64,000 nucleotides of DNA. Source: an uncultured Planctomycetales bacterium (lineage in GTDB: Bacteria > Planctomycetota > Phycisphaerae > UBA1845 > PWPN01). Below are positions 27,448 to 37,216 of the stretch, piece by piece (within the stretch, counting starts at the first letter, position 1; each line of letters starts with the position of its first letter). The stretch is from positions 3,551-67,550 of the forward strand of contig CAZOIA010000004.1 of assembly GCA_964579675.1 (NCBI GenBank), given 5' to 3'. Both the position numbers and the translations under genes were made by a program. The notes below the pieces were generated by a model, which saw only the letters and a program-made list of their open reading frames with translations, was not told the origin of the DNA and did no database searches.

Positions 27448-28293
27448 CTACCTCTGGCGGCGGACCCTGGTTGACAGCTTGTCCACGCGTTCACGCAGCT
27501 CGATCACCGTCTGGCGAAGCTCCTCGACTTCCTCCCGGAGTTGATGCACCATCTCGTGCAACTCGGCGAGGGCCTGGTCCTTGTCGCGGGCGGCCCGGGC
27601 CTTTTGCTCCTCCAGGAGTTCGTGCCTCATCTGATCGGCCTGGTGCTGGAAGTGATCGGCTGGTTCGTGCAGGCCGGCGGCGTGGAGGTTATCGGCGGCG
27701 GCCTCGAGATGCCGGATCCGCTGCTCCATCTCCTCGATCCCGGACCGCGGCCCCGGGATGCCCCGGCCGTCCCACGGCGCCACGATCTCCCGGCCTTCGC
27801 GCTCCAGGCGATCAGCTCGCTCGCCAGGGCCGACCCCCGGCGCCTCGCCTATTTCTCGCTTCGGCCGGGACGCTTCCTCTTCGATGGCCCCGGGCGGAGG
27901 CGGTGGAGGGAGCTGAGCAAGCTGCGCCATCACTTCGGCAAGGCGTCGTTCAACCTGTTCAGCCTCTTTGAGCTTGTCGGCATCGAGCAGATCCCTCAGA
28001 CGGACCCGCAGTCCGTTGGCCTCGGCCTCCAGCTCGCGACGTAACTCCTGACCGCGCCTCACCCTTTCGTGCGGAGGTGGGTTTATCTCCGCGCTCGCTC
28101 GCAGGAGCGCATCAACCTGACGGGCCGCCTTGCGGACGTCGGCGTCAGGGTCGCCGGCCTCCGGTTCCTCCGCCGGTTCTCGATCCTGGTCCGGCACGGC
28201 TTCGCGTCCCGCGGGATCCTGGCCGGAGCTGGCGGTGTACACGCCGACCATGCCGAGGGCAACGGCAGAGACCATGAGCAGTCGATTGATCAT
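27448..28293 (-). CDS. exported coiled-coil hypothetical protein
   Basis: Signal-like N-terminus (MINRLLMVSAVALGMVGVYTA), long E/R/L heptads; SD AGGGAG. Confidence 0.7.
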   Translation of the reverse strand: MINRLLMVSAVALGMVGVYTASSGQDPAGREAVPDQDREPAEEPEAGDPDADVRKAARQVDALLRASAEINPPPHERVRRGQELRRELEAEANGLRVRLRDLLDADKLKEAEQVERRLAEVMAQLAQLPPPPPPGAIEEEASRPKREIGEAPGVGPGERADRLEREGREIVAPWDGRGIPGPRSGIEEMEQRIRHLEAAADNLHAAGLHEPADHFQHQADQMRHELLEEQKARAARDKDQALAELHEMVHQLREEVEELRQTVIELRERVDKLSTRVRRQR

Positions 28294-28551
28294 GATGACT
28301 CCCTATCGTTCATTGGAGGTGCACAAGTTCTCATCTCGGACGATTCGGGCCGGGCCCCACGCTCTCATGCAGGCGGCCGTTCCGGCGGCCGGAATAGTAT
28401 ACCACGGGTGCTCGCCCCCGGACGCGATCGGCTCGGATTTGATCTTTTCCTGGCCCGATGTGGTAGAATGACAGGCGGCCCCCAGCGCCGGAAGAGAGGA
28501 GGCGATCTGGGTGGCGAAGCGCGAAGCGCACTCTTGCGGGAGACAACGGTT

Positions 28552-29553
28552 ATGACCCGACAAATGGCAGCCGCGATTCTCATTCTCGGTGCCGGGTGGG
28601 TCTTCGTTACCCCGGGACGGGCCCAGGAGCCCGGTGAGCGGGGCCCCCGCCGGTCACGAGCCCGTTTCGGCTTCACCCCCGACGACCGCGAGCGAATGTA
28701 TGAGCGTGTCGCGGAGCACTACCTCGAACGCTTCGCATCGAACTACGAGCTGACCAATGAGCAGCGCGAGGCGGTTCGCGCGCGGCTGGAGCAGCTCAAA
28801 GCACAGCAGCGCCAATACGGCAAGCTCCATCTTGAGGAGTTTCAGACCCTTCGGGAGGAGATGGGCGAGCTGTGGCGCAAGCAGCGCGCCGGCGAGGACA
28901 CCAACGAGCAGCGTATGGGCGAAATCCATGACCGCATGCGAACCATCTGGCACGATTCCCCGCTGATGAACTACGAACGGGCTACCGAGGTCATCGAGTC
29001 ATTGCTGCCCGCTGAACAGGTCGAGAAAGGGCGCCAACGCCGCGAGCAGCGCCGGGCGGAGTGGGAGAGCCGTCGGGCCGAGTGGCGAGTTCGGCGAGGC
29101 GATAGGGGACCAGGGGGGTTCGCCGGCAGGGAACCGTGGGATCGTTACGTGGAGGACTTCACCCGCCGCTATCAGCTCGATGAATCGCAGCAAGCCACTG
29201 CCCAGTCCGCACTGCGCACCCTTAAACAGCAGCGCGACGCCTATCGCGAGTCTCAAAAGCAGAACTTTGAGACGCTTCATCAGATCGAGGATCCCGAGGT
29301 GCGACGCCAGAGGTACCGGGAACTAAACGCGCCCATCGAGAGCATGTTCAGCGAACTCAGGCAGCGGTTGATGAAGCTGCCGACGTCGGCTCAGATCGCA
29401 GCAGCCGAGCGATTCCAACCGGCGTCCCGGCCGGCACGGTCAACGACTTCCCGCCCGGCACGGTCAACGTCGCAGCCGGCCGACGGGGTCTCTCGTCCCG
29501 GCCCGGACCAGCAGCGGCCGCCGCGGCGAAAACCGGGGCGCCGAGCCCGTTAG
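28552..29553 (+). CDS. exported helical protein with duplicated Spy/CpxP-like (LTxxQ) hairpins
   Basis: Signal peptide, then YELTNEQREAV, LLPAEQVEK, YQLDESQQATA and LPTSAQIAAAE; SD GGGAG before ATG 28552. Confidence 0.65.
   Translation: MTRQMAAAILILGAGWVFVTPGRAQEPGERGPRRSRARFGFTPDDRERMYERVAEHYLERFASNYELTNEQREAVRARLEQLKAQQRQYGKLHLEEFQTLREEMGELWRKQRAGEDTNEQRMGEIHDRMRTIWHDSPLMNYERATEVIESLLPAEQVEKGRQRREQRRAEWESRRAEWRVRRGDRGPGGFAGREPWDRYVEDFTRRYQLDESQQATAQSALRTLKQQRDAYRESQKQNFETLHQIEDPEVRRQRYRELNAPIESMFSELRQRLMKLPTSAQIAAAERFQPASRPARSTTSRPARSTSQPADGVSRPGPDQQRPPRRKPGRRAR
29425..29472 (+). repeat. 24-bp tandem duplication encoding SRPARSTT/SRPARSTS
   Basis: TCCCGGCCGGCACGGTCAACGACT followed by TCCCGCCCGGCACGGTCAACGTCG. 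Confidence 0.8.
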
Positions 29554-29697
29554 CGCCGTTTGCGGCCGGAGGCGGGAATGTCACAATCTCCGAGACCGTC
29601 CTGCCCCAGAGCTAGAACCAACACCCCGCCTCGTTCCACGATTCGACACTGAAGCACTCAGAATTGCAGCAACACGGAACACCGCCGGCTTTGTCCG

Positions 29698-29743
29698 AAG
29701 CTTTCCTATGAAAAATGGGTCTGATTCCAAGCTTTCCCATGAA
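29698..29743. promoter_or_regulatory. 15-bp direct repeat, putative operator
   Basis: AAGCTTTCCTATGAA (29698) and AAGCTTTCCCATGAA (29729), 31 bp apart, in AT-rich DNA upstream of the FG-GAP gene. Confidence 0.45.
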
Positions 29744-29846
29744 GCACTTGATTCGTGGTAAGCTGTTGGATACTATCACCGTAGAGCAGTACTGCCATCA
29801 AGCAGTAGGCTGCAGGTTGACACGTGGGCTTAGGAGGGTTGAAACG

Positions 29847-31898
29847 ATGCGTAAGACAAGTTTTGAGCGTTTGTTATGCACCGGAAGTCTGGTGCTGGCA
29901 CTTCTGGGGTTGGCGGCGCATCCCGCCGCCGGGCAACTCAATCTGGGGCCGGAAGAAATCGTTCAAGCTGGCGGCGCTAACATCGTCGTACCCAGCTACT
30001 CGGTGCCGTCTTTCGTGTACTGGAACGACGACGGCCTCAAGGATCTAATCATCGGTGAGAAAACCGATTCGTCCCACGCCAAGGTGCGGGTGTATCTGAA
30101 CGTCGGGACATCGGTGTCCGACCCGCAGTTCTCGGGCTACACTTACGCACAGTATACCGCCGGAGGAGACGTGAGCTGCACCCCGTCGGGATGTCTCGGT
30201 TGCTTCCCTCGGGTGGTTTACTGGAATGCGGATGCCAGGAAGGATCTGCTCGTGGGCCAGGCGGGCGGTACCGTCAAACTGTTCCTGAACACCGGCACCG
30301 AGGCGAGCCCGACGTTTGACAATGGGACGTTGCTCCAGGTGGGGCCGCCCGACGAGAAGACGGACATCAACGTCGGTGGCCGCGCGTGCCCCGTCGCTGT
30401 GGATTGGAACAGCGACGGCAGGAAGGATCTCGTGGCGGGGGCGATAGACGGCAAAATCCATATCTTTATCAATGAGGGAACCGACAGCCTGCCGGTTTTC
30501 TGGACTGAGACCTTCGCCCAGGAAGACGGGGCCGACCTGGGCGTGCCGTCAGGTCGTTCCAGCCCGCACGTGCAGGACCTGGACGACGACGGCAAGAAAG
30601 ATCTCCTTGCCGGCAACTCCGTCGGCCAACTGCTGTTCTACAGCAACGTGGGGACCGACGCCGCCCCGACCTTCTCCGGCTGCGAGTACGTCGAAGCCGA
30701 CGGCGTTGTCATAAACATTGGAGGTACCAGTTGGACGAGGTCCAGGCCGTTCGTATGCGACTGGACGGGCGACGGCTTGCTCGATGTGCTGATCGGCTCG
30801 GCTGATGGCAAGGTACGGCTGTACCAGGGCGTTCCCACCGTCACGCCGCCTGCACTGGTGAGTGCCGCCTCCCGCAAGTCACACGGTGTGGGAGAGGGCG
30901 ATTGGGACATCGATCTTCCGTTGGATGAGGCGGCCGTCGAAAGTCGCCAGGACAATGCCCAACGCATCCTTCTTGCGTTCAGCGAACCCGTCAACATTGA
31001 TTGTACCAACATCGTTCCGAGCATCGGGACCTGCTCGGGCGTGATCGATCTCGGCAGCGGCGTCTACGAAGTGGGAATCTCCGGCGCCCCGGATGAAACC
31101 TGCCTGACCATCACCCTTGCTGGCGTCACCGACCTCGACGGCACGCCGCTGACCGGCGACAACGACGTGCAGGTCGTGCTGTTGTGCGGCGACGTTAACG
31201 GCGACGGCGTCGTGGATGGGGATGACGAGATTGAAGCCACGAACCGGATTGGCCAACCGCTTGACCAGACGAACGCGCGTTACGACGTGGATCGGAACGG
31301 CCACATCGACGTGGTAGACGTGGCGTTGATCCGGGACATGGCCGGCCACTCGGCGAGCTGCGCCGGGGTCCCGCCGGAACTGGTGGCCGCCGCTTCACGC
31401 CGGACGCACAGTGCCCAGGGTGACTTCGATATCACCCTCGCGCTGGCGGTGGAATCGTCAGTCTCCGAACCCCGCACCGGCGGCCCCCAGCGCATCGTGC
31501 TGACCTTCAGCGAATCGGTCAACATCGGCTGTGCCAACATCAGCCTCAGCGGCGGCGCATCCTGCACGGGCGTGATCGACCTCGGCGGCGGCGCCTATGA
31601 AGTGGGTATCTCGGGCGTCCCGGACGCATCCTGCCTGGCCCTCACGCTGATCGGGGTCACCGACCTCGAGGGCATGCCGTTGACCGGCGACGACGACGTG
31701 CACGTTCGGGCCTTGACCGCGGACACGAACGACGACGCCAACGCCGATCTGATCGACATGGCCCAGGTCAAGAGCAAGAATGGCCAACCGCTGGGTCCAA
31801 GCACGGCGCGTTTCGACCTGAATCTGGACGGCAGCATCGACCTGATCGACATGGCCCTGGCCAAGAGCAGGAACGGCAACGCGACGAGCTGCCCATGA
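29847..31898 (+). CDS. secreted FG-GAP/VCBS repeat protein with two C-terminal Ig-like + dockerin-like modules
   Basis: Signal peptide; repeats WNDDGLKDLIIG, WNADARKDLLVG, WNSDGRKDLVAG, LDDDGKKDLLAG, WTGDGLLDVLIG; two modules AASR(K/R)(S/T)H...GD(W/F)DI.L ending in DVNGDG/DVDRNG and DTNDD/DLNLDG EF-hand-like pairs; SD AGGAGG. Confidence 0.85.
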   Translation: MRKTSFERLLCTGSLVLALLGLAAHPAAGQLNLGPEEIVQAGGANIVVPSYSVPSFVYWNDDGLKDLIIGEKTDSSHAKVRVYLNVGTSVSDPQFSGYTYAQYTAGGDVSCTPSGCLGCFPRVVYWNADARKDLLVGQAGGTVKLFLNTGTEASPTFDNGTLLQVGPPDEKTDINVGGRACPVAVDWNSDGRKDLVAGAIDGKIHIFINEGTDSLPVFWTETFAQEDGADLGVPSGRSSPHVQDLDDDGKKDLLAGNSVGQLLFYSNVGTDAAPTFSGCEYVEADGVVINIGGTSWTRSRPFVCDWTGDGLLDVLIGSADGKVRLYQGVPTVTPPALVSAASRKSHGVGEGDWDIDLPLDEAAVESRQDNAQRILLAFSEPVNIDCTNIVPSIGTCSGVIDLGSGVYEVGISGAPDETCLTITLAGVTDLDGTPLTGDNDVQVVLLCGDVNGDGVVDGDDEIEATNRIGQPLDQTNARYDVDRNGHIDVVDVALIRDMAGHSASCAGVPPELVAAASRRTHSAQGDFDITLALAVESSVSEPRTGGPQRIVLTFSESVNIGCANISLSGGASCTGVIDLGGGAYEVGISGVPDASCLALTLIGVTDLEGMPLTGDDDVHVRALTADTNDDANADLIDMAQVKSKNGQPLGPSTARFDLNLDGSIDLIDMALAKSRNGNATSCP

Positions 31899-31947
31899 CC
31901 GAGCGGGGCTGCTGTGGTCTCGGCGAAGCGGGTTCGCAGGAGGCATC

Positions 31948-33276
31948 TCACCCGGGCCCGAGGAGTGCGACGACCTCGGGCTTGATCTTCACGTACATCA
32001 CGGCCGCGATGCCGATCAGGACGGCGGCGCCGAAGAGTACGAACGCCTTGGCCCACCGGGGCAGGTCTTTGCCCCGGGTGGCCCGCCGGTCGAAGAGGAC
32101 GACCAGCATGGCAATCGTCCCGAAGGGGACCGCGAGCATCGTCGCCGACTGCCCCACGGCAATGGCAGTTACCTTGAGGTCGCGGGGAGCGGGCGGCGGG
32201 GCGGCGGGCTCCGCCTGGTCCGCAGGCTGGGTCCGGACAACGACCTGAGGCGTGCTGGAAGGCTCAGGCTCAAGGCGGATAATCGCTATGGCGGTCGTCA
32301 TGCCGATCAGCAGGACGAGTGTGGCGCAGACCTTGGTCGGTATCGAATCCAGCCTGCCCCCCAGGCCCAGGCCGTCGTTAAGCAGAACGCCGCCGATCAG
32401 CGAGTTGGTAATGAAACTCGAAAAGGCGGCCGAGAAGAACCCGACGCAGAAGACGATCTTGCCGTGCCGGCCGAAGATGCCCTCGAGCTGTTCGACCATG
32501 CTCTCGAACGTGATCTGGGTCGTACGTCCATGGAGCACGGCAGCCGCGGTCATCATGATCACGGTGCCGATGAGCGTGTATATGATCGACGCCAGAACGG
32601 TATCGGTGGCCGCGCTGGGGAGGTCTTTTTCTTTCCATCCCTTGGCCTTGACCAGGTAGGACTGGAAGAAGGCGGCGACGATGACGAACGTCGTTGCCAC
32701 CAGGCCCCCCACGGTCACCCAGTCAACACCCTTGGGGACAGCCGGTACGAATGCCCCTCTGATCGCGGCAGGCAGGTTCGGCCCGGCCCAGACCAGGTTG
32801 ACCAGGAACGCGCAGAACATCCCGACCAGAAAGACGGTCATCATCTTCTCGACGATGCGGTACATGTTCTTCAAGGCGAACATGAAGAGGATGGCGGCGG
32901 TGGTGAAGGCGATGGGCCAGAAGGTCTTGGGCACGGTGGGGAACAGTACCTCCGTGGCGCTGGTCACGCCGAGGTTGTTGCCGAACTGGAACGTCGCATC
33001 GACCGAAAAGAGCGAAATCCCGCACACCACGGCGAACCATCGGCCGAGCTTCTTACCCGCCAGACCCAGGAACGTGTCGTCGCAGTAGATGCCAAAGCGC
33101 ATGAACAGGGCGATGAAGCCCGCCATCAGGGCTCCCGAGAGCAGCGAGAGCCAGATCATCGAGTAGCCGTAGAGCGCGCCCGTCCTGGACATGAGGGTCA
33201 CGCTTCCCGGCCCGATGATGCAGGCCCCGACGATGAACGCGGGCCCGATTCGCCTGAATACGCTGGGAGCTTGCAT
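31948..33276 (-). CDS. NRAMP/MntH-family divalent cation transporter-like protein
   Basis: IGPAFIVGACIIGPGSVTLMSRTGALYGYSMIW, FQFGNNLG, about 11 hydrophobic segments. Confidence 0.8.
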   Translation of the reverse strand: MQAPSVFRRIGPAFIVGACIIGPGSVTLMSRTGALYGYSMIWLSLLSGALMAGFIALFMRFGIYCDDTFLGLAGKKLGRWFAVVCGISLFSVDATFQFGNNLGVTSATEVLFPTVPKTFWPIAFTTAAILFMFALKNMYRIVEKMMTVFLVGMFCAFLVNLVWAGPNLPAAIRGAFVPAVPKGVDWVTVGGLVATTFVIVAAFFQSYLVKAKGWKEKDLPSAATDTVLASIIYTLIGTVIMMTAAAVLHGRTTQITFESMVEQLEGIFGRHGKIVFCVGFFSAAFSSFITNSLIGGVLLNDGLGLGGRLDSIPTKVCATLVLLIGMTTAIAIIRLEPEPSSTPQVVVRTQPADQAEPAAPPPAPRDLKVTAIAVGQSATMLAVPFGTIAMLVVLFDRRATRGKDLPRWAKAFVLFGAAVLIGIAAVMYVKIKPEVVALLGPG

Positions 33277-33362
33277 GGACCGCCTCCCGGAGATTGACAG
33301 CTTCTTTGCGACGTTGTAACCCAGCGTGGATAAGCGGACGGGGGTAAGCTGGAGCCGTATAG

Positions 33363-34406
33363 ATGACGGGCCTGCAGCGCGTTGTCAAGGTTCTCGCGGG
33401 CCGAGGCGGGGATTCCCCGGGAGGGGGCGTTGACCGCCCGCCGGTCCTGCCGATGGTGCATACCGGCCTGGCGGAGCACGCCGGGGTTCCGCTGGGACGG
33501 TTCTTCACCGACGCCGGGGCGATGGCCCAGGTGATGATCGAGGGCTGCCGGCGGTTCGGCTTCGACGGAGTGCAACTCTCGCTCGGGGTGACCGGTGAAG
33601 CCCAGGCCCTGGGGGCGGCGGTAAGGCAGCCGGCGGACGCGGCGCCGGTACTCAACGAGCATCTTCTGGCGGAACCGGGTCGTCTGGACACGCTCCGTCG
33701 CCGGGATCCGACTACCGGAGGCCGAATGCCCTTGTTCTTCGAGGCTGTCGAGCGAGTCTCGCGGGAAATCGGCAGCGAGGTCTTCATCCTGGCCACCATG
33801 CGGGGGTCCCTGTTGATCACATCCCAGTTGCGCGGCGTGGAGGAGATGCTGATCGACCTGATCGAGCAGCCGGCGCCGGTGGAGGAGATGCTGGCGTTCG
33901 CGACGGACGTGGCGTTGAAGCTTTCGCGGCCGCTGCTGGGCACCGGTGCCCATGGGTTGCTCCTCGGCGAGGCCACCTGCTCGCCGAACTTCATTTCGCC
34001 GGAGATGTACCGCCGTCTCGTTCTGCCTCATCACAGGCGTCTGGTGGCCGGGCTCAAGGAGATGGGCTGGCCGTTCGTGGGGTTGCATGTTTGCGGGAAT
34101 ACGACCAGCATCATTAAAGACATGATCTCGACCGGTGTGGACTTTCTTGACGTGGACTACCAGGTGCCGCCTGATCAGGCGATTTCGCTGTCTGGGGACC
34201 GGGCCGGGCTTCGGGGCAACCTCGATCCCAGCTCGGTTTTCCGTTTCGGCACCCCCGATACCGTGAAGAGGCAAACCGAGGCCGTCTGCGCCGCCGCCCG
34301 CGGGGCGAGATGGATCATGAGTAGCGGTTGCGACATCCCGCCGGGCACGCCGGCTGAGAACATCGCAACGTTCGTCGAGAGCGTTCGGGCATCCACGGCG
34401 GATTGA
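33363..34406 (+). CDS. uroporphyrinogen decarboxylase / MtaA-CmuA methyltransferase family protein
   Basis: VDRPPVLP, NFISPEMY, LHVCG (HxC Zn motif), GNLDPS, SSGCDIPPGTPAENI. Confidence 0.85.
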   Translation: MTGLQRVVKVLAGRGGDSPGGGVDRPPVLPMVHTGLAEHAGVPLGRFFTDAGAMAQVMIEGCRRFGFDGVQLSLGVTGEAQALGAAVRQPADAAPVLNEHLLAEPGRLDTLRRRDPTTGGRMPLFFEAVERVSREIGSEVFILATMRGSLLITSQLRGVEEMLIDLIEQPAPVEEMLAFATDVALKLSRPLLGTGAHGLLLGEATCSPNFISPEMYRRLVLPHHRRLVAGLKEMGWPFVGLHVCGNTTSIIKDMISTGVDFLDVDYQVPPDQAISLSGDRAGLRGNLDPSSVFRFGTPDTVKRQTEAVCAAARGARWIMSSGCDIPPGTPAENIATFVESVRASTAD

Positions 34407-34423
34407 CTCTGGAGCAAGGGCGG

Positions 34424-37216
34424 ATGAATGTGAGTCTTCCGTGCAGGCAATGGCTACTCTCCGGGCTGATGCCTGTTGTCTGTCTCGCTGCCGGAGCGGG
34501 CACGGACCGGCTCACCCGCGACGGCCATCGGGTATCCGTCTCCGTGCTCGCAGGCAAGCTGACCGAGGTCTACCAGGTACGCACGCCGGACGGGTGGCGG
34601 GACGCATTGGCGTACGATGGCCCACAGATGCGACTGGCCAGGCCGATCGACGGCAAGGTGCTGTTCGACTTTGAACAGGACAGCGAGCGGCAGGTGACGC
34701 TTGAGGGGCTGCCGCCGCACGTGCTGACCCACTCCAAGCGCACCAGGTTCCGCCCGCACGGCGAGTGGTTTGTCGGCACCTGCGAGGACGGCAGGGGCGG
34801 CTACAACGATGACTACACCGGTCAGCTCGAGCTCGGGCCGGTCACGCTCCCGCACCGGTACGTCTCGCTGCTGGTCAGCGGCGGACGGAAGCCGGACCAG
34901 GCGTATGTCGCCGTGCTTGATGCCCGGAGCGGCAAGGAGCTGCATCGGGCAACCGGCCGGAGCAGCGAGACGTTTCGGCGCGCCGAATGGGACCTGGCCG
35001 ACTACGTGGGCCGAGAAGTCTCGTTCCGCATCGTCGATCAGGCCACAGGAGACTGGGGCCACATCAATGTGGACCACATCATCTCTCACCCGGATTCCGG
35101 GATGTTGGCCCCGGTGCCCGTCACTTGGACGGGCCTCGAACGCCACGGCGATGCCCTGGCTGTTCGCGGCCGGGCCGACGCGATCGACATCACGCGGACG
35201 ATCACGCTCTCGGATGCCGGCGCGGTAATCTCGCACCGGGCGGTTCCGGATCCACAGTATGAGTGGAACCGCTACGAGGATCGGTACACGTTTGCCGCGG
35301 GCGCACCTGACTTTGTCTGGTCCCAGAGCATCAAGCGCCAGGAAAGCGACCTGATACCTCACTGGCAGTTCAAGTCACCGGCGGTGATCTTTCAGGCAGG
35401 CCCGGTGCTCGCGTCTATCGTTGCGGATTTGCGTCCGCTCGGTGCCGACATGCTCCGCCGGCAGCCTGCCGCCCTGGACCTGGGCAACCCTCCGAGCGGC
35501 ACGCCGTGGTTCAGCTACGGCATCGCGCCGAGCAAACTGACGTCTCATTCGATCTACAGCCGCGATGACGAGGCGAGGTTGGAGTGGGACGGTGCGGAGT
35601 TGGCGATCGACCATATCCTCGTTCTTTCGGGCAGCGAGCCGCCCCGCCAGGGCTACCGCCGGGTCGTGAGCCACCTGTGGGAGACGTTCGGCCGGCCGGT
35701 GCTGCTGGCATCACCCGATGCCCAAACCAACTACGCCAGCAAACAACTGAACCTGTTCGACACGTGGCGGCAGGAGACCTGGCACCGGTACGCACAGGAG
35801 GTCTATCGGGAATTCGACTGCGACGGCGAGCGGTGTGCCGCGCTCGTGTCGAAGCGCAACAAGTGGTCCAACAAGCTCGGCACGAACGAGGATTGCTGGT
35901 TCAACTCGTGGTTCCAGACCTTGCGGACGGCATACGGCATGTACGTGTATGGCCGGCGTGCCGGAGACTCACGGATCATGGAGCAGGCCCGGGGGGTGCT
36001 CAACCTGGCCCTGCACGCCCCGCAACAAGATGGTGCGTTTCCGACGATCTACTGGCGGGGCGAGGACGGCTCGCATAACTGGGTCCGCGACAACGGATGG
36101 GCCGGCCTGCGTGACTGTTACCACGTGTTCGACATGGCGTGGACCGCCTACTGGATGCTTCGCTGGCATCGGGACCTGACGCCCGACGAGGATCGGATCA
36201 TCCCGTTTTGCCGGGCGTTCGGCGACTTCCTGGTCAGCCGGCAGGACAGCCGCGGCGGGATCCCCTGCTGGTTTGACGAGAAGCTGTTGCCCCGCGTCGA
36301 GCTGGCGGAGTTCAATGCCGAGACGGCGGGGGCCGCCCTGTTCCTGGCTGAGCTGTCCGCCGCCACGGATGAGAGGCAATACCTGGACGCGGCACAGCAA
36401 GCGATGACCTTCATCGAGCGGTTCATGCTGCCGCGACACCGCTGGTTCGACTACGAGACCTTCCTGAGCTGCTCGCGGAAGCCGCTGGACTTCTACGATT
36501 CCCACACCCAACAATGGCCGCAGAACAACCTGTCCACGTTCCAGGCGGCCCGGGCGTGCCTGCGGCTGCACGAGCTGACCGGCAAGCGGCAGTGGCGCGA
36601 GCTTGGCGAACAGATCTGCGACTACGCAGCCCTGACGCAGCAGGTGTTCAATCATCCGCTGCTGACCCCGAAGCTGATCGGCGGGTTCACCACGCAGAAC
36701 ACCGATGCCGAGTGGAGCGACGCCCGGCAATGCTACGCGGCGGTGATCTTGCTGGACTACTATGAGCTCACGGGCCGGCTTGCGTACCTGGAGCGTGGCG
36801 TGGCGGCGCTGCGGTCCACGTTTGCCGTGGCTCCATACGAGAACTGGGCCCATAGCGGCAGCGTTGATCGCCCCGGGGCAATGACCGGTCTGCACTGGGG
36901 CACCGGCAGTGCAATGGCATCGGTCGAGATGAAGCACGACCGCTGCCGCGATGCCTACGTCCACGTGGGCCGCCGACACGGCGTGGGGGTCAACGGGTGT
37001 ACGCTCACGGACCTGACGGTGACGCAGCGTCGCGTGAGCTTCAGACTGCACACGCCCTATCGCTGGCCCACCCCGCCGGTGGCGGTGATCGACGGTGCCC
37101 TTGGCCCGCTCGAAGTCATCGTGAACGGCCAATCCGCGGGCCTGCTGTCACCTGGCAAGCTGCACAAGGGTGTTGCCTTGCCGTTCGTCGGGCAATCGAC
37201 TGGAATGCTGCCATGA
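34424..37216 (+). CDS. large secreted glycoside hydrolase-like protein (beta-sandwich plus alpha/alpha barrel)
   Basis: Signal peptide; module VSGG...ATGRSSETFRRAEWDLADYVGREVSFRIVDQATGDWGHINVD resembles the domain seen next to GH32 enzymes; Trp/Tyr-rich helical C-terminal half. Confidence 0.55.
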   Translation: MNVSLPCRQWLLSGLMPVVCLAAGAGTDRLTRDGHRVSVSVLAGKLTEVYQVRTPDGWRDALAYDGPQMRLARPIDGKVLFDFEQDSERQVTLEGLPPHVLTHSKRTRFRPHGEWFVGTCEDGRGGYNDDYTGQLELGPVTLPHRYVSLLVSGGRKPDQAYVAVLDARSGKELHRATGRSSETFRRAEWDLADYVGREVSFRIVDQATGDWGHINVDHIISHPDSGMLAPVPVTWTGLERHGDALAVRGRADAIDITRTITLSDAGAVISHRAVPDPQYEWNRYEDRYTFAAGAPDFVWSQSIKRQESDLIPHWQFKSPAVIFQAGPVLASIVADLRPLGADMLRRQPAALDLGNPPSGTPWFSYGIAPSKLTSHSIYSRDDEARLEWDGAELAIDHILVLSGSEPPRQGYRRVVSHLWETFGRPVLLASPDAQTNYASKQLNLFDTWRQETWHRYAQEVYREFDCDGERCAALVSKRNKWSNKLGTNEDCWFNSWFQTLRTAYGMYVYGRRAGDSRIMEQARGVLNLALHAPQQDGAFPTIYWRGEDGSHNWVRDNGWAGLRDCYHVFDMAWTAYWMLRWHRDLTPDEDRIIPFCRAFGDFLVSRQDSRGGIPCWFDEKLLPRVELAEFNAETAGAALFLAELSAATDERQYLDAAQQAMTFIERFMLPRHRWFDYETFLSCSRKPLDFYDSHTQQWPQNNLSTFQAARACLRLHELTGKRQWRELGEQICDYAALTQQVFNHPLLTPKLIGGFTTQNTDAEWSDARQCYAAVILLDYYELTGRLAYLERGVAALRSTFAVAPYENWAHSGSVDRPGAMTGLHWGTGSAMASVEMKHDRCRDAYVHVGRRHGVGVNGCTLTDLTVTQRRVSFRLHTPYRWPTPPVAVIDGALGPLEVIVNGQSAGLLSPGKLHKGVALPFVGQSTGMLP

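Noticed and set aside
29817-29822. TTGACA as a sigma70 -35 box for the FG-GAP gene
   Set aside because: The matching -10 would fall between the SD and the start codon
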